The notes beneath the pieces are model-generated. The model had not been told where the DNA came from, searched no databases, and worked only from the letters and a program-made list of their open reading frames with translations. From Poseidonia sp. (GTDB lineage Archaea; Thermoplasmatota; Poseidoniia; Poseidoniales; Poseidoniaceae), in assembly GCA_049617635.1 (NCBI GenBank), contig JBMZJQ010000003.1, positions 237 to 64,236 on the forward strand: a DNA stretch of 64,000 bases. The letters run 5' to 3'. This document shows positions 34,643 through 43,843 of the stretch, piece by piece; the first letter of the stretch is position 1, and every line of letters starts with the position of its first letter. Position numbers and translations under genes: made by a program.

Positions 34643-36169
34643 ATGCCAGACTCAACCGAAGAGGTGGCGGAGGCTTCCCCGACACCCCCTGGAGGCGGTT
34701 TTGGTTTCCGTCTTTCTGAATCCATTATCCATGCAATTGACCGGCAGATCATCAGCTCTGGCTTGCGTTTGATCATGTTCTTGCCGGCATTTGCAGGCCT
34801 CACGTACTTTGCAAGTTGGGCCTTTTCACAATCGTCTCCTACATTTTGGCTCAACAACATTGAACCAAACCTCGGAATGGGCTTTTCCACGTTTATGGCA
34901 GGCCTCTCCTTCGTGGTGGTTTTGGGTTACATTTTGGCCGTGGGCTTTCACCGCTACCGCGTGAGTATCTCTCTCAAGGCGTTCCATGACCGGGTGGAAA
35001 AGTCAAACAACGAACACCGTTCTGTTCAATCGCTTCAGGGTTATGATGGCCTTCTGTATCAACTTCAAACATCCATGGCCCATCACACGAAATCGCTTGG
35101 CTTCGCCATGCTGGCTGTGGTCATGCTGGTGGCTGTGCTCTGGTACGGAACCGGTACCGTTTACGGCAACCTCTTCCTCCTCACCTCCGCATCGTTGGTC
35201 TTGCTGTCCGTGGGTCAACACCTGCCTACCCGGTCGACACCGTTCAACATGGTGGAACAAACCGGCTTGTTGCCTGCCTATATTCCGCCGGTTCATCCGT
35301 CCACGTTGAACATGGTGTTTAACGACCTCATCAAGACCCACATGGACCCGCTTCTCCGGTCTCAATACGATGAGTACACCAAGGAGTTGGAGAGCGGCTT
35401 CAAGCGGGGCATCAACCGACATTTTGCCCATGAGAAGTTCTTGATGACCCTTTACAGGCACGCAACAGGACTGGACAGAAAGACCCTCGAGTCCGAAATG
35501 TCAGAGATTTTGACAAAGAAAGGCATGGATTTTGTCTTCGCACACGAGGTCTTCACCCTCGAATCTTGGTTGGTGTTGCTTGGCCTCATCAACCAACGCT
35601 GCCCTGCGTTTTTCCGCATGGTCGATCGGTTGAAGCAGGACTTGGAAAGCGGGAGGCCACCGGCCATGAACGACCTGATCTTTGAGGTGGACATGGAAAA
35701 TGTTGTCACCAACAAGGCCAACCTGTTCACGTTGTTTCACAACCTCTCCAACAAAACACGAACCGTTGTGTTTCGTGTCCAAACGCCGAATTTTGAACCC
35801 AAAGACCTTGCTTTGACCTATCGTTTGGAACCTGGAGAGCAATTTTGGTGGTCCAAGGAGGCCCTTCCCCTCGCCGCAGAAGGTGACGAGGATGTCCTCG
35901 GGAAGATGTCGGGATTGCTCAAGGACAGCACTGTTTCCTGGCAAACGCTCATTCCATCAACCAAGGGAGACGCCACGGTTTCCGTTCGACTTGAGGAAAC
36001 GAACGGGGAACTGCTTCTCGGTCGCCAAATCAATGTCCGGGTCCGTTCCGAATTTGCACACTGGTTGAGAACGACAGGTTCCTACGTTGCCTACTTGTTC
36101 GGTGGCTTTGGTGTCTTCCTGTCCATCATGCTGATTCTCGTCGAAGTTTTTGGCGGTGCAGCGGTCTGA
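34643..36169 (+). CDS. Hypothetical membrane protein (4 N-terminal helices, approximately 290-aa soluble region, C-terminal helix)
   Basis: Start at MPDSTEEV, downstream of the DtxR stop. No family recognised. Confidence 0.55.
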   Translation: MPDSTEEVAEASPTPPGGGFGFRLSESIIHAIDRQIISSGLRLIMFLPAFAGLTYFASWAFSQSSPTFWLNNIEPNLGMGFSTFMAGLSFVVVLGYILAVGFHRYRVSISLKAFHDRVEKSNNEHRSVQSLQGYDGLLYQLQTSMAHHTKSLGFAMLAVVMLVAVLWYGTGTVYGNLFLLTSASLVLLSVGQHLPTRSTPFNMVEQTGLLPAYIPPVHPSTLNMVFNDLIKTHMDPLLRSQYDEYTKELESGFKRGINRHFAHEKFLMTLYRHATGLDRKTLESEMSEILTKKGMDFVFAHEVFTLESWLVLLGLINQRCPAFFRMVDRLKQDLESGRPPAMNDLIFEVDMENVVTNKANLFTLFHNLSNKTRTVVFRVQTPNFEPKDLALTYRLEPGEQFWWSKEALPLAAEGDEDVLGKMSGLLKDSTVSWQTLIPSTKGDATVSVRLEETNGELLLGRQINVRVRSEFAHWLRTTGSYVAYLFGGFGVFLSIMLILVEVFGGAAV

Positions 36170-36225
36170 CGTGGCCTCAACAAGCCAGCCATAGACTTGA
36201 AATGGTGTAGGTGGTGGAGCAGACC

Positions 36226-37224
36226 ATGCGCGGATTCCCAAGGGACGCCGAGAAGAACCCCGATGCGGAGCTCCGCGATGAGCTCCAATCCATGGAAGCC
36301 AAGGTTCGAAAGATGCGTGAGAACCGGAACAATTTCCGTGAACAAGCACGTGCAGTTGCAAAAAAGCGGGATGCCGTCCAAGAGCAATACAAAGAACATC
36401 GTACCAAGCTGCAAGAGATGAAGACGGAACTTGACGCCATACAGGCCGAGCGCAACCTCCACAGGGCCAAGCGGGATGCCATCAACGCCCAACTAAAGGA
36501 CCTCTTTTCCCAAGCAAAAGGACGCCGTGGAGAACACGGAGAGCGGAAGTCTGCGTCCGCTGAATACGCGCATTTGATGGGCCAAATCAACAACCTCGAA
36601 GAGCAATTCCAGACCACTTCGTCGAGCACGAAGAAGGAAAAAGAAACCATGGAACGCATCAAGCGCATGAAGAGTCGCGTTCGCGAACTCGAGCCCGATG
36701 TTGAAAAATTCGAAATGGTCGCTGTTGATCTTTCCAACATTGACGAAGCCATTGCTACACTCAAGGCCGAATCTGACGACGCACACAAGTTGTTTGTCGA
36801 AGCCATGCAGCGTGCAGATGAAAAATGGGCCGAGTACAAGGAACAATTGGAGCACCGAGATTTCCTCAAGGCAGAGGGCGACCGTCACCACAGTGAATCT
36901 GTAGAGCTTCACGAAAAGGCCAACGGCATGCATGAAAAAATCGACGAACTCATGGTTGATGTCAACAAAGCACGTGAGCAACTCAACATGGCTATTGAGG
37001 AGCGCAAGTCGTGGATGTCCGACCACAACAAAGCCGTCAAGGCTGAGATGAAAACCGGGGCCGAATCCGATGAAGTCGCCGATATGCTGGTCAATTCCCT
37101 TCTCAATGACGGAAATTTGGTGTTCGGTGGCATCGGCAAGGAGGATGGCAACGCTTCCTCCCGTGGCAAGGGCTCCTCCAAAAAGAAGAACATGCGTCGT
37201 GTCGGGCCAGTTCGTCGTCGCTGA
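36226..37224 (+). CDS. Archaeal coiled-coil protein (COG1340-type), second paralogue
   Basis: ATG at 36226 preceded by GGTGGTGGAG. The ORF-track GTG is at 36211. Heptad-rich; INNLEEQFQTTSSSTKKEKETMERIKRMK block; basic tail KKKNMRRVGPVRRR. Confidence 0.6.
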   Translation: MRGFPRDAEKNPDAELRDELQSMEAKVRKMRENRNNFREQARAVAKKRDAVQEQYKEHRTKLQEMKTELDAIQAERNLHRAKRDAINAQLKDLFSQAKGRRGEHGERKSASAEYAHLMGQINNLEEQFQTTSSSTKKEKETMERIKRMKSRVRELEPDVEKFEMVAVDLSNIDEAIATLKAESDDAHKLFVEAMQRADEKWAEYKEQLEHRDFLKAEGDRHHSESVELHEKANGMHEKIDELMVDVNKAREQLNMAIEERKSWMSDHNKAVKAEMKTGAESDEVADMLVNSLLNDGNLVFGGIGKEDGNASSRGKGSSKKKNMRRVGPVRRR

Positions 37225-37233
37225 GGGCGTACG

Positions 37234-38313
37234 ATGTTGGGCATCATCATGGCTGGTGGCCAAGGTTCCCGATTGATGCCGTTGACATTGACCAGGCCAA
37301 AACCAATGGTCGAAGTTCTCGGCCGTCCAGTAATCGATTACGTCAAGGACGCCATGGTGGAGGCAGGTATCTGCGATATCGTGGTCACCACGGGATACCG
37401 TGGTGAACAATTGGACCTGCACGTGCAATCTTGGAACGGTGTACGAAAGGATGGACGGTCCATCAACGCTCGTATCAATCAAGAAGCAACACCGATGGGC
37501 ACGGCCGGCAGCGTGGGGCTCTTACGAGACCATATCGCAGAAACGTGCGTTGTGGGTTCAGGCGATGCAGTTGCCTCGTTTGACATTCAAGCCTTGTTCG
37601 AGGTTCATCGTGCGAGCCAAGCCAAGGTGACCATGGCGTTGTGGGAGGTTGATGATCCGTCTCCCTTTGGTATCGTGGGCCTTTCTTCCGCTCAAGAAGG
37701 TCCGATTGATGGCGAGCTGCGAGAGGGGTACATCCGACAATTTTTGGAAAAGCCCACCCCCGAGGAAGCCTTCAGTAAGGTCATTAACGCTGGATTATAC
37801 ATTCTTGAGCCTGAAGTGTTTGAACACATTCCGCAAGGCGAGAAATTTGACTTCAGCAAGCAATTGTTTCCCAAGTTGCTCTCCCTCGGTTGGCCGATGT
37901 ATGCCAAAACCATTGACGGGGTGTGGTTCGATGTTGGTCAACCGTTTGAGTTGTTGCAGGCACAGCAGACGCTGATGGAGGAATACGATTCCCTGCCGTT
38001 TACCTACCCCGAAGGTTATGTTTTGAAGGATGATTCGTTGTTGGCATCCACCGCGAAAGTCAATGGCGAGGTTGAGCGTTCTGTGATTGGAAGGGGGTGT
38101 GAACTCTCGCTCGGTACGCAGGTCGTTTCGTCGATATTGATGGACGGTTGTTCGGTTGCTGAAGGTGCAGTGATCAACGGCAGTGTTCTCGGTCGTCATG
38201 TGGTGGTCGGAAAAGGCTGTACCTTGGAAGGATGTGTTATCGGAGACAACGTGGTTCTTGATTCGGCCCAACTTCACCTCAACGAGCGGATTCCTTCGAA
38301 GGATGATGCTTGA
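37234..38313 (+). CDS. Sugar-1-phosphate nucleotidyltransferase with C-terminal left-handed beta-helix domain
   Basis: N-terminal GIIMAGGQGSRLMPLTLTRPKPMV signature and C-terminal hexapeptide-like repeats (VIGRGCEL..., VLGRHVVVGKGCTLEGCVIGDNVV). Confidence 0.8.
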   Translation: MLGIIMAGGQGSRLMPLTLTRPKPMVEVLGRPVIDYVKDAMVEAGICDIVVTTGYRGEQLDLHVQSWNGVRKDGRSINARINQEATPMGTAGSVGLLRDHIAETCVVGSGDAVASFDIQALFEVHRASQAKVTMALWEVDDPSPFGIVGLSSAQEGPIDGELREGYIRQFLEKPTPEEAFSKVINAGLYILEPEVFEHIPQGEKFDFSKQLFPKLLSLGWPMYAKTIDGVWFDVGQPFELLQAQQTLMEEYDSLPFTYPEGYVLKDDSLLASTAKVNGEVERSVIGRGCELSLGTQVVSSILMDGCSVAEGAVINGSVLGRHVVVGKGCTLEGCVIGDNVVLDSAQLHLNERIPSKDDA

Positions 38314-38360
38314 CGGGCGAGAGGATATTAAGGGTGGGCTCTCGCCAGCCCAATGATACC

Positions 38361-38594
38361 ATGAGCACGACTCCAAAGCGAAGCTACGATCGAACATGGG
38401 AAGAAATTGAAGAGATGCTCGGCCAAGCCACGGTGAAAATGAACCAGTGGAAAGAATGGTACGACGCTTGCAAAGAGCAAGACGACAAAGAAGGGATGAA
38501 GGAAGCCGCCCGAAACCACAAGGCGCTTCAGGGCGTTGTGAAGACCCTCAAGTGGACACTCGGGGAAGAAGGCATTGCCGACCCGCTCAACTGA
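38361..38594 (+). CDS. Small helical hypothetical protein
   Basis: The ORF-track start at 38310 is TTG; the first ATG is at 38361 (MSTTPKRSYD...). No family recognised. Confidence 0.35.
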   Translation: MSTTPKRSYDRTWEEIEEMLGQATVKMNQWKEWYDACKEQDDKEGMKEAARNHKALQGVVKTLKWTLGEEGIADPLN

Positions 38595-39584
38595 TTACCA
38601 GCCACGCTGGTCAAGACGGACCTCGAGCGTTTCCAGTTCGTCCCCTTTCATCGGGTCACCTTGCATCATCGCCATGGCTTCAGCCACTTTTGAAGCGTCG
38701 TCATAATGAGCCGTGGCCATGACGATGGCGTCTGCCATGGTTTTTGGATCGGAGGACTTGAAGATACCCGACCCTACGAATATACCGTCCATTCCCATGC
38801 GCATCATCAACGAGGCATCGGCAGGTGTCGCAATGCCGCCGGCAGAGAAGGTCACAACTGGGAGACGGCCGAGTCGGTGGACATCGTCCAAGACCGAGCG
38901 AATACCAGCGTGCATCTCGTCGTCAATGGCACCAAACGGGGTGTGAAGGTGGGTGCCTGGAAGAACAGACTGGGAGGAGAGGACTCGGTATCGCTCCATG
39001 ATGCTCTCGGTCGCCACATCGAGGCCTTGGTCGTCCAGCGATTGAATTTGGTTGATTTCTTGGTCAATCAGCCGAGCATGGGTGACGGCTGCGACAACGT
39101 TACCGGTTCCAGCCTCGCCTTTGGTTCGAATCATGGCCGCACCTTCCCAGATTCTTCGCACGGCTTCACCTAGACCGGTTGCACCGCAAACAAACGGAAT
39201 GTCGTACTCGTGTTTGTTGATGTGGAAATAGGGGTCGGCTGGTGTCAGGACCTCGCTTTCATCGACCATGTCAACGCCCATTGCTTCGAGGATACGGGCT
39301 TCTCCATCGTGACCGATACGTGACTTGGCCATTACTGGAATGGAGGTGCAGTCGAGGATGCCTTGAATCATGTCCGGATGGCTCATGCGGGCGACGCCAC
39401 CGGCTTTTCTGATGTCAGCAGGAACACGTTCGAGGGCCATGACGGCCACAGCGCCGGCGTCTTCTGCTACGGCTGCCTGTTCGGGGTTGACGACGTCCAT
39501 GATGACGCCACCTTGTTGCATACGAGCAAAGCCTCGCTTCACCAAATCGCTGCCTTTTCGGAATTGTGAAATATCGGTGTTCAT
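38595..39584 (-). CDS. pdxS: Pyridoxal 5'-phosphate synthase lyase subunit PdxS
   Basis: [46 protein letters not shown] and [10 protein letters not shown]. The ORF-track start at 39593 is GTG; the ATG is at 39584. Confidence 0.9.
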   Translation of the reverse strand: MNTDISQFRKGSDLVKRGFARMQQGGVIMDVVNPEQAAVAEDAGAVAVMALERVPADIRKAGGVARMSHPDMIQGILDCTSIPVMAKSRIGHDGEARILEAMGVDMVDESEVLTPADPYFHINKHEYDIPFVCGATGLGEAVRRIWEGAAMIRTKGEAGTGNVVAAVTHARLIDQEINQIQSLDDQGLDVATESIMERYRVLSSQSVLPGTHLHTPFGAIDDEMHAGIRSVLDDVHRLGRLPVVTFSAGGIATPADASLMMRMGMDGIFVGSGIFKSSDPKTMADAIVMATAHYDDASKVAEAMAMMQGDPMKGDELETLEVRLDQRGW

Positions 39585-39643
39585 GCGGTTCACACTTCCA
39601 TTTTTGGCTTCGTATTTGAAGCCGGGTTTTAGGCCATCTAGCC

Positions 39644-39922
39644 TCAGTCGGATGCCAAAACTGGAGAGTCACCTTCGGCGATTTCGGCATCGACCGATTC
39701 TTCTGCGTTCCGGTCAATCCATGCTTCTTCACCTTCGGGCACATCGGTGTCGGCAAAGATAGCGTCAACAGGGCATTCAGGGATGCAAGCGCCACAATCG
39801 ATGCACTCGTCAGGGTCGATCACCAAGTAGGTTTCAGCCTCGCGAAAGGCTTCGACGGGGCAGACAGCAACGCATTCCTGGTATTTGTGGTCGACGCAAG
39901 CAGATGTAACGACGTGTGGCAT
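39644..39922 (-). CDS. Ferredoxin, 7Fe ([3Fe-4S][4Fe-4S]) FdxA-like
   Basis: [25 protein letters not shown] and [16 protein letters not shown], with an acidic C-terminus. Confidence 0.85.
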   Translation of the reverse strand: MPHVVTSACVDHKYQECVAVCPVEAFREAETYLVIDPDECIDCGACIPECPVDAIFADTDVPEGEEAWIDRNAEESVDAEIAEGDSPVLASD

Positions 39923-40042
39923 GGGATTTCCTCCATTCTCTTCTGGGTTGAAGGCCTACTTAATTGCTTGTCATCTGAAAAACGGAGAGGTCTTCGAGGG
40001 ACATCTTGGATTTCTTCATACCACCGAACGAGGGTATCCCCG

Positions 40043-42256
40043 TCATGGGTCTTCTTCTTCGACCGGAACGAACACTTTGTTGAGCGCAACAGTGCGTTCA
40101 CCTCTCTTCTGTCGCAACATCAACCACACGACACCCACCGTTCCAAGGACGACGGACAAGCCAAGAACAAGGAGGGTTTGCCTTCCTAAGCTACTGGAGT
40201 CAAGGGTTTCCTCATCAATTTCATCGGATTGGTTCACCGTTTGGTTGGTGGTTGTTGATGCGTTGGTCACTCCGTTGGGTGTGGTATCACAGGCATCGGG
40301 GAGGCCGTCTTGGTCGGCATCCAATGCATCGTCTGCGTTCGGGCAGATGTCCATGGTGTCCGCCACACCGTCTCCGTCGCTGTCGATCAGGTCGTCACAG
40401 GCGTCCGGTATGCCGTCGCTGTCGTTATCCTGGTTGTCGTTTTCTCCCGGGCACAGGTCATCGTTGTTCCCCACCCCGTCGCCATCATCATCGATGAGTG
40501 GGTCGCAACCGTCAGGAATTCCATCCTGGTCTTGGTCTTCAGCATCGTCGTGGCCTTGACAGATATCCAAAGCGTCTTCGACGCCGTCTGCGTCCCAATC
40601 AACGAACCCATCACAGGCATCGGGCACGCCATCGCTGTCAACATCGACATTGTCATCACCGAGCAGACACCGGTCAAACGGATCGAGCACAGCATCACCA
40701 TCGGTGTCATCAACGCAGCCGTCACCGTTGCGATCCCAACCCCAAGCTTCCTCCGTTGGGCAGAGGTCCGTCCAATGCTCAAGATAGTCTCCGGGTATCA
40801 ACGTCCTCCCGTTGAGTGACGGGTGACTCGCAGGGATGTGGGTTGCTTTGAAAATTTGATTCAAGGTTGTTCCAGCCCGCATTCCGTCGGGTATGGTCTG
40901 GCTTTGATTGTATGCGCCGTTCGAACCGGTTGGATTGATGTACGTCCAAACAACATTCCCGTTTTCGTCCACTTCGTACAAGGTTCCCTTGGTTCCGTGC
41001 GTCACCAAGAGATGGCCGTTACTCAAGGCATCCACGCCAGAAATGGAACCGGAATACATCGCTTCACCCATGTCCCACGTCCATGAGGATGTTGAGGGTC
41101 CGAACGTCCCGTTTTCTTCGAGCACGTAGGTGTCGTTAACGGTGGGTGGAACGATGATTTCAACCGAAGAGTAGGATGGATAGCGGCCGTTTCCGTTGTT
41201 GAAGATGGACAAGGCTCCCGCCATCGGGTGCCCGTCTTGAATCCAATTGACATCATGCTGACCGAACAACTGCTGGTCTGATGAGAGGCCTTTTCCGTAC
41301 ACTTGGGGGTTGCCCCAACGGTAGAGAATGTCGCCCCCCTTGCCCCATCGACCACCTGAATGTCCTGCGGCTTCTTCAATGGTGGTGCTGTGGTCAATGA
41401 TGTAGATTTCATGCATGCTCCTGCAGGAGATGGCGATTTGGTCAAGGTCAGCGTTGTAATCGATGCCGTTGCAGTGCATCCAGTCTGCACGGCCAGCAGC
41501 GTTTCCTGAGCCACCTACGTAGTTGATGTTGAGCCGTTCGGGGTGGTCGGCCACAACACCGTAGTTGTCTTTGCTCGGGTCGTAATCTTGGATGAGGTGA
41601 TCCCAAGCATGCCACTTCCAAACGATGTTGGCATCGTCGTTGCCGACCGGTTCAATCTCGATGATGTGGTCAGGCCAAACGTGCCATTCTTCACCGGGAG
41701 AGTCGCTGGCAATTTCTGGATTCCTTCCTGCTTGAATGGACTCTTCTTGGGTTCGCTCTTCCCACGCAATCAACAGAATGTTCCCGTTGGGCATGGGTTC
41801 GATATCGTGGTGGCTGATATGAGTGGCTCCGTTGTATTCCCACGACCATTCAAGGGTGCCGTCCCAAGAGATTCGCTCCAATTTCCCACTCGTCCCTCCT
41901 CCCGAAAAATTCCCCACAGCGGTGCTTGCCGTGTTGGCCGTCCGCAGCAGGGAGCCATCGGAGAGCAAGTATGCGGAAAGGGCCGGTCGATGGTTTCCAG
42001 GCGACACCCATTCGTGTATCCAGCGTCCCTCGTGATCGATGAGATAAGTGGTGTTTCCCGGCATGGGGGCGAACAGTGTGTAGCCCGTCGTGGCGTTGCC
42101 GTTGCAGAAAACGACTCCCATCGTCCAATTCACGCGGTCGGCACTGCACGAGGGTGGCGTGTTGATGGATTCGTCCGGTTCGGTACCCGTGGTAGCGGGA
42201 AGGACAGAGATGAACATGAGCGTGGCCAAGAACACCGCAATGTGTGGGGGTCGCAT
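40043..42256 (-). CDS. Secreted ASST-like beta-propeller protein with thrombospondin type 3-like repeats and TM anchor (paralogue of 12593..14896)
   Basis: TGYTLFAPMPGNTTYLIDHEGRWIHEW, HISHHDIEPMPNGNILLIAWEE, DWMHCNGIDYNADLDQIAISCRSMHEIYIIDH. Colinear with the 767-aa paralogue. TM helix LLVLGLSVVLGTVGVVWLML. Confidence 0.65.
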   Translation of the reverse strand: MRPPHIAVFLATLMFISVLPATTGTEPDESINTPPSCSADRVNWTMGVVFCNGNATTGYTLFAPMPGNTTYLIDHEGRWIHEWVSPGNHRPALSAYLLSDGSLLRTANTASTAVGNFSGGGTSGKLERISWDGTLEWSWEYNGATHISHHDIEPMPNGNILLIAWEERTQEESIQAGRNPEIASDSPGEEWHVWPDHIIEIEPVGNDDANIVWKWHAWDHLIQDYDPSKDNYGVVADHPERLNINYVGGSGNAAGRADWMHCNGIDYNADLDQIAISCRSMHEIYIIDHSTTIEEAAGHSGGRWGKGGDILYRWGNPQVYGKGLSSDQQLFGQHDVNWIQDGHPMAGALSIFNNGNGRYPSYSSVEIIVPPTVNDTYVLEENGTFGPSTSSWTWDMGEAMYSGSISGVDALSNGHLLVTHGTKGTLYEVDENGNVVWTYINPTGSNGAYNQSQTIPDGMRAGTTLNQIFKATHIPASHPSLNGRTLIPGDYLEHWTDLCPTEEAWGWDRNGDGCVDDTDGDAVLDPFDRCLLGDDNVDVDSDGVPDACDGFVDWDADGVEDALDICQGHDDAEDQDQDGIPDGCDPLIDDDGDGVGNNDDLCPGENDNQDNDSDGIPDACDDLIDSDGDGVADTMDICPNADDALDADQDGLPDACDTTPNGVTNASTTTNQTVNQSDEIDEETLDSSSLGRQTLLVLGLSVVLGTVGVVWLMLRQKRGERTVALNKVFVPVEEEDP
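40286..40738 (-). repeat. In-frame thrombospondin type 3-like Asp-rich Ca-binding repeats (about 151 aa)
   Basis: DSDGVPDACD, DADGVEDALDIC, DQDGIPDGCD, DGDGVGNNDDLCP, DSDGIPDACD, DGDGVADTMDICP, DQDGLPDACD. Confidence 0.8.
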
Positions 42257-42262
42257 GCTCGG

Positions 42263-42736
42263 TCACTCCTCAGCGTGTGCGAGACCGATGGCCTGTTGAA
42301 TGGTTTCAGTGATTTGTTCCAATGCTGGTTTGCCGGGGTAGACTTCGAATTTCGCCTGTCCCTTGACATGGCCCGTTCCACTCCCTTTGGCCAGCACAAT
42401 CTCTCCGTTCACCAGGTTGTCGAGAACCAATCGAAAATGAACGACATGGTCCTCGTCGAGTCGCTCGGGTAGTGTTTCCAAAACGGTGTTGAGTGCGTCA
42501 CTGCCCAAGCGAGCGAGCGAGGAAAGCGCCTTCCGTTTCTTGCTGGTCTTGGCCTCGACGAGCATCAGAACGGGGCCGTGGTACGAAGTGCTTTGATCCA
42601 GTTGCACATCCTCCTCGTCCCCAATCAGCCACGCCATCGCATCAGCGATGGCATCGGTGTTTGAGAGGGCGCTGCCGGTCGCCCGCCATGTGATTCGATG
42701 GAGCCCCACGGTACAGGCCTCGCGTCTTTGGGTCAT
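42263..42736 (-). CDS. Hypothetical protein, possibly DUF54/COG1325-type RNA-binding (predicted exosome-associated) family
   Basis: Start at MTQRREA. SYHGPVLMLVEAKTSKK and VHFRLVLDNLVNGEIVL resemble recalled DUF54 motifs (GhyGNpI..., lylRlDKQ...). Weak. Confidence 0.35.
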   Translation of the reverse strand: MTQRREACTVGLHRITWRATGSALSNTDAIADAMAWLIGDEEDVQLDQSTSYHGPVLMLVEAKTSKKRKALSSLARLGSDALNTVLETLPERLDEDHVVHFRLVLDNLVNGEIVLAKGSGTGHVKGQAKFEVYPGKPALEQITETIQQAIGLAHAEE

Positions 42737-42855
42737 GAGGTTGCCGAAAACGCATCTTGGCCTTCCAACTTTCAATGAGGCTCCTTCAAATAGGGGAGGT
42801 TTGTCGCAAGTCTACTGGTGGGGTAGTCCCCTCAAGACACACCGAGTGGATTGAC

Positions 42856-43794
42856 ATGGCGAAGAAAGTGAGTGCAAAGGCACGCGCAGCAGCGCGTAAA
42901 CAACGTGACAAGTGGAAGATGAAGCGATGGTACGCCATCCGTGCTCCCCGTCACCCGTGGAACTTCAAACGCATTGGCGAGACCATCGGTGAGACCGATG
43001 AGCATATCATCGGTCGCGTCTACGAAATGACCCAACAACAATTTGACGGCAACTTCTCCAAGATGCATGTCGTCATGCGCTTCCGAGTGACGGAGTGCGT
43101 AGGACAAGATGCTTTGACCGTGTTCATCGGCCATCACCATCAGACCGACCACATCCGACGTCAAATTCGTCGGTACCGTGGAAAGATCGACGATGTGGTC
43201 GATGTGGTGACCACCGACGGTTACCTCGTTCGAATGAAGCCGTTGATCATCACTCAACAGCGCGTGCAGACCTCGGTCAAGAAGGACATGCGAGGGCGCG
43301 CTCGAGAAATCATCGTCGCCTTTGCTGCGAAGAACACCTACGCCGACGTGCAAATGGCCCTTCTCGACGGCAAGCTCGAGGAATCCATCGAAAAGGGTGT
43401 CAAATCCATCTATCCGGTCCGCTCGGTGGCCATTCGCAAGAGCCAATTGCTGCAAGAGGGTGTTGTTCCGTCCTTTGGGCCAACCCTGGATGAGATTCAC
43501 GCTGAAGAAGCCCGTGTCGCTGCAGAATTGAAGGCCAAGAAGAAGGCTGCTCTCGAAGCAGCCATGGCTGAAGAAGCTGCAGAAGAAGCAGATATCGCTC
43601 AGGCCGACGATGATGAAACCGAAGTATTCGACGCAGGCGAGGCAAGTCAAGAAGAGGTTGCCGAAGAGGAAATCTCACTTGATGAGGTTGATTATGCATC
43701 CATGACTGTGGCCGAACTGAAGGAACTCCTGAAGGCCGCCGGCAAGCCGGTGTCCGGAAAGAAAGACGACCTGATCGCACGCCTGCAGGAATAG
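42856..43794 (+). CDS. rps3ae: 30S ribosomal protein eS1 (S3Ae) with C-terminal acidic linker and SAP domain
   Basis: MAKKVSAKARAAARKQRDKWKMKRWYAIRAPRHPWNFKRIGETIG (eS1 N-terminus). About 110 extra residues follow: Ala/Glu-rich linker, then MTVAELKELLKAAGKPVSGKKDDLIARLQE (SAP-like helix-extended-helix). Confidence 0.85.
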   Translation: MAKKVSAKARAAARKQRDKWKMKRWYAIRAPRHPWNFKRIGETIGETDEHIIGRVYEMTQQQFDGNFSKMHVVMRFRVTECVGQDALTVFIGHHHQTDHIRRQIRRYRGKIDDVVDVVTTDGYLVRMKPLIITQQRVQTSVKKDMRGRAREIIVAFAAKNTYADVQMALLDGKLEESIEKGVKSIYPVRSVAIRKSQLLQEGVVPSFGPTLDEIHAEEARVAAELKAKKKAALEAAMAEEAAEEADIAQADDDETEVFDAGEASQEEVAEEEISLDEVDYASMTVAELKELLKAAGKPVSGKKDDLIARLQE

Positions 43795-43843
43795 ATGCCT
43801 CAGCGACCATCGCATTGATGGTTCCCTCCCGACAGGCGGTGCC

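Noticed and set aside
36177-37482. Two long minus-strand ORFs (36177..36869 and 36493..37482) opposite the coiled-coil and nucleotidyltransferase genes.
   Set aside because: The plus-strand genes have clear family signatures and SD-supported starts. The antisense translations are Ser/Arg/Phe-rich mirror images of a Glu/Lys-rich coiled coil.
41543-43650. Long antisense ORFs opposite the second ASST-like gene (41543..42472) and opposite eS1 (42832..43650). Similar cases occur at 49520..50401, 19182..19880 and 6217..7044.
   Set aside because: Each overlaps a confidently recognised gene on the other strand and has arbitrary, low-complexity translations.
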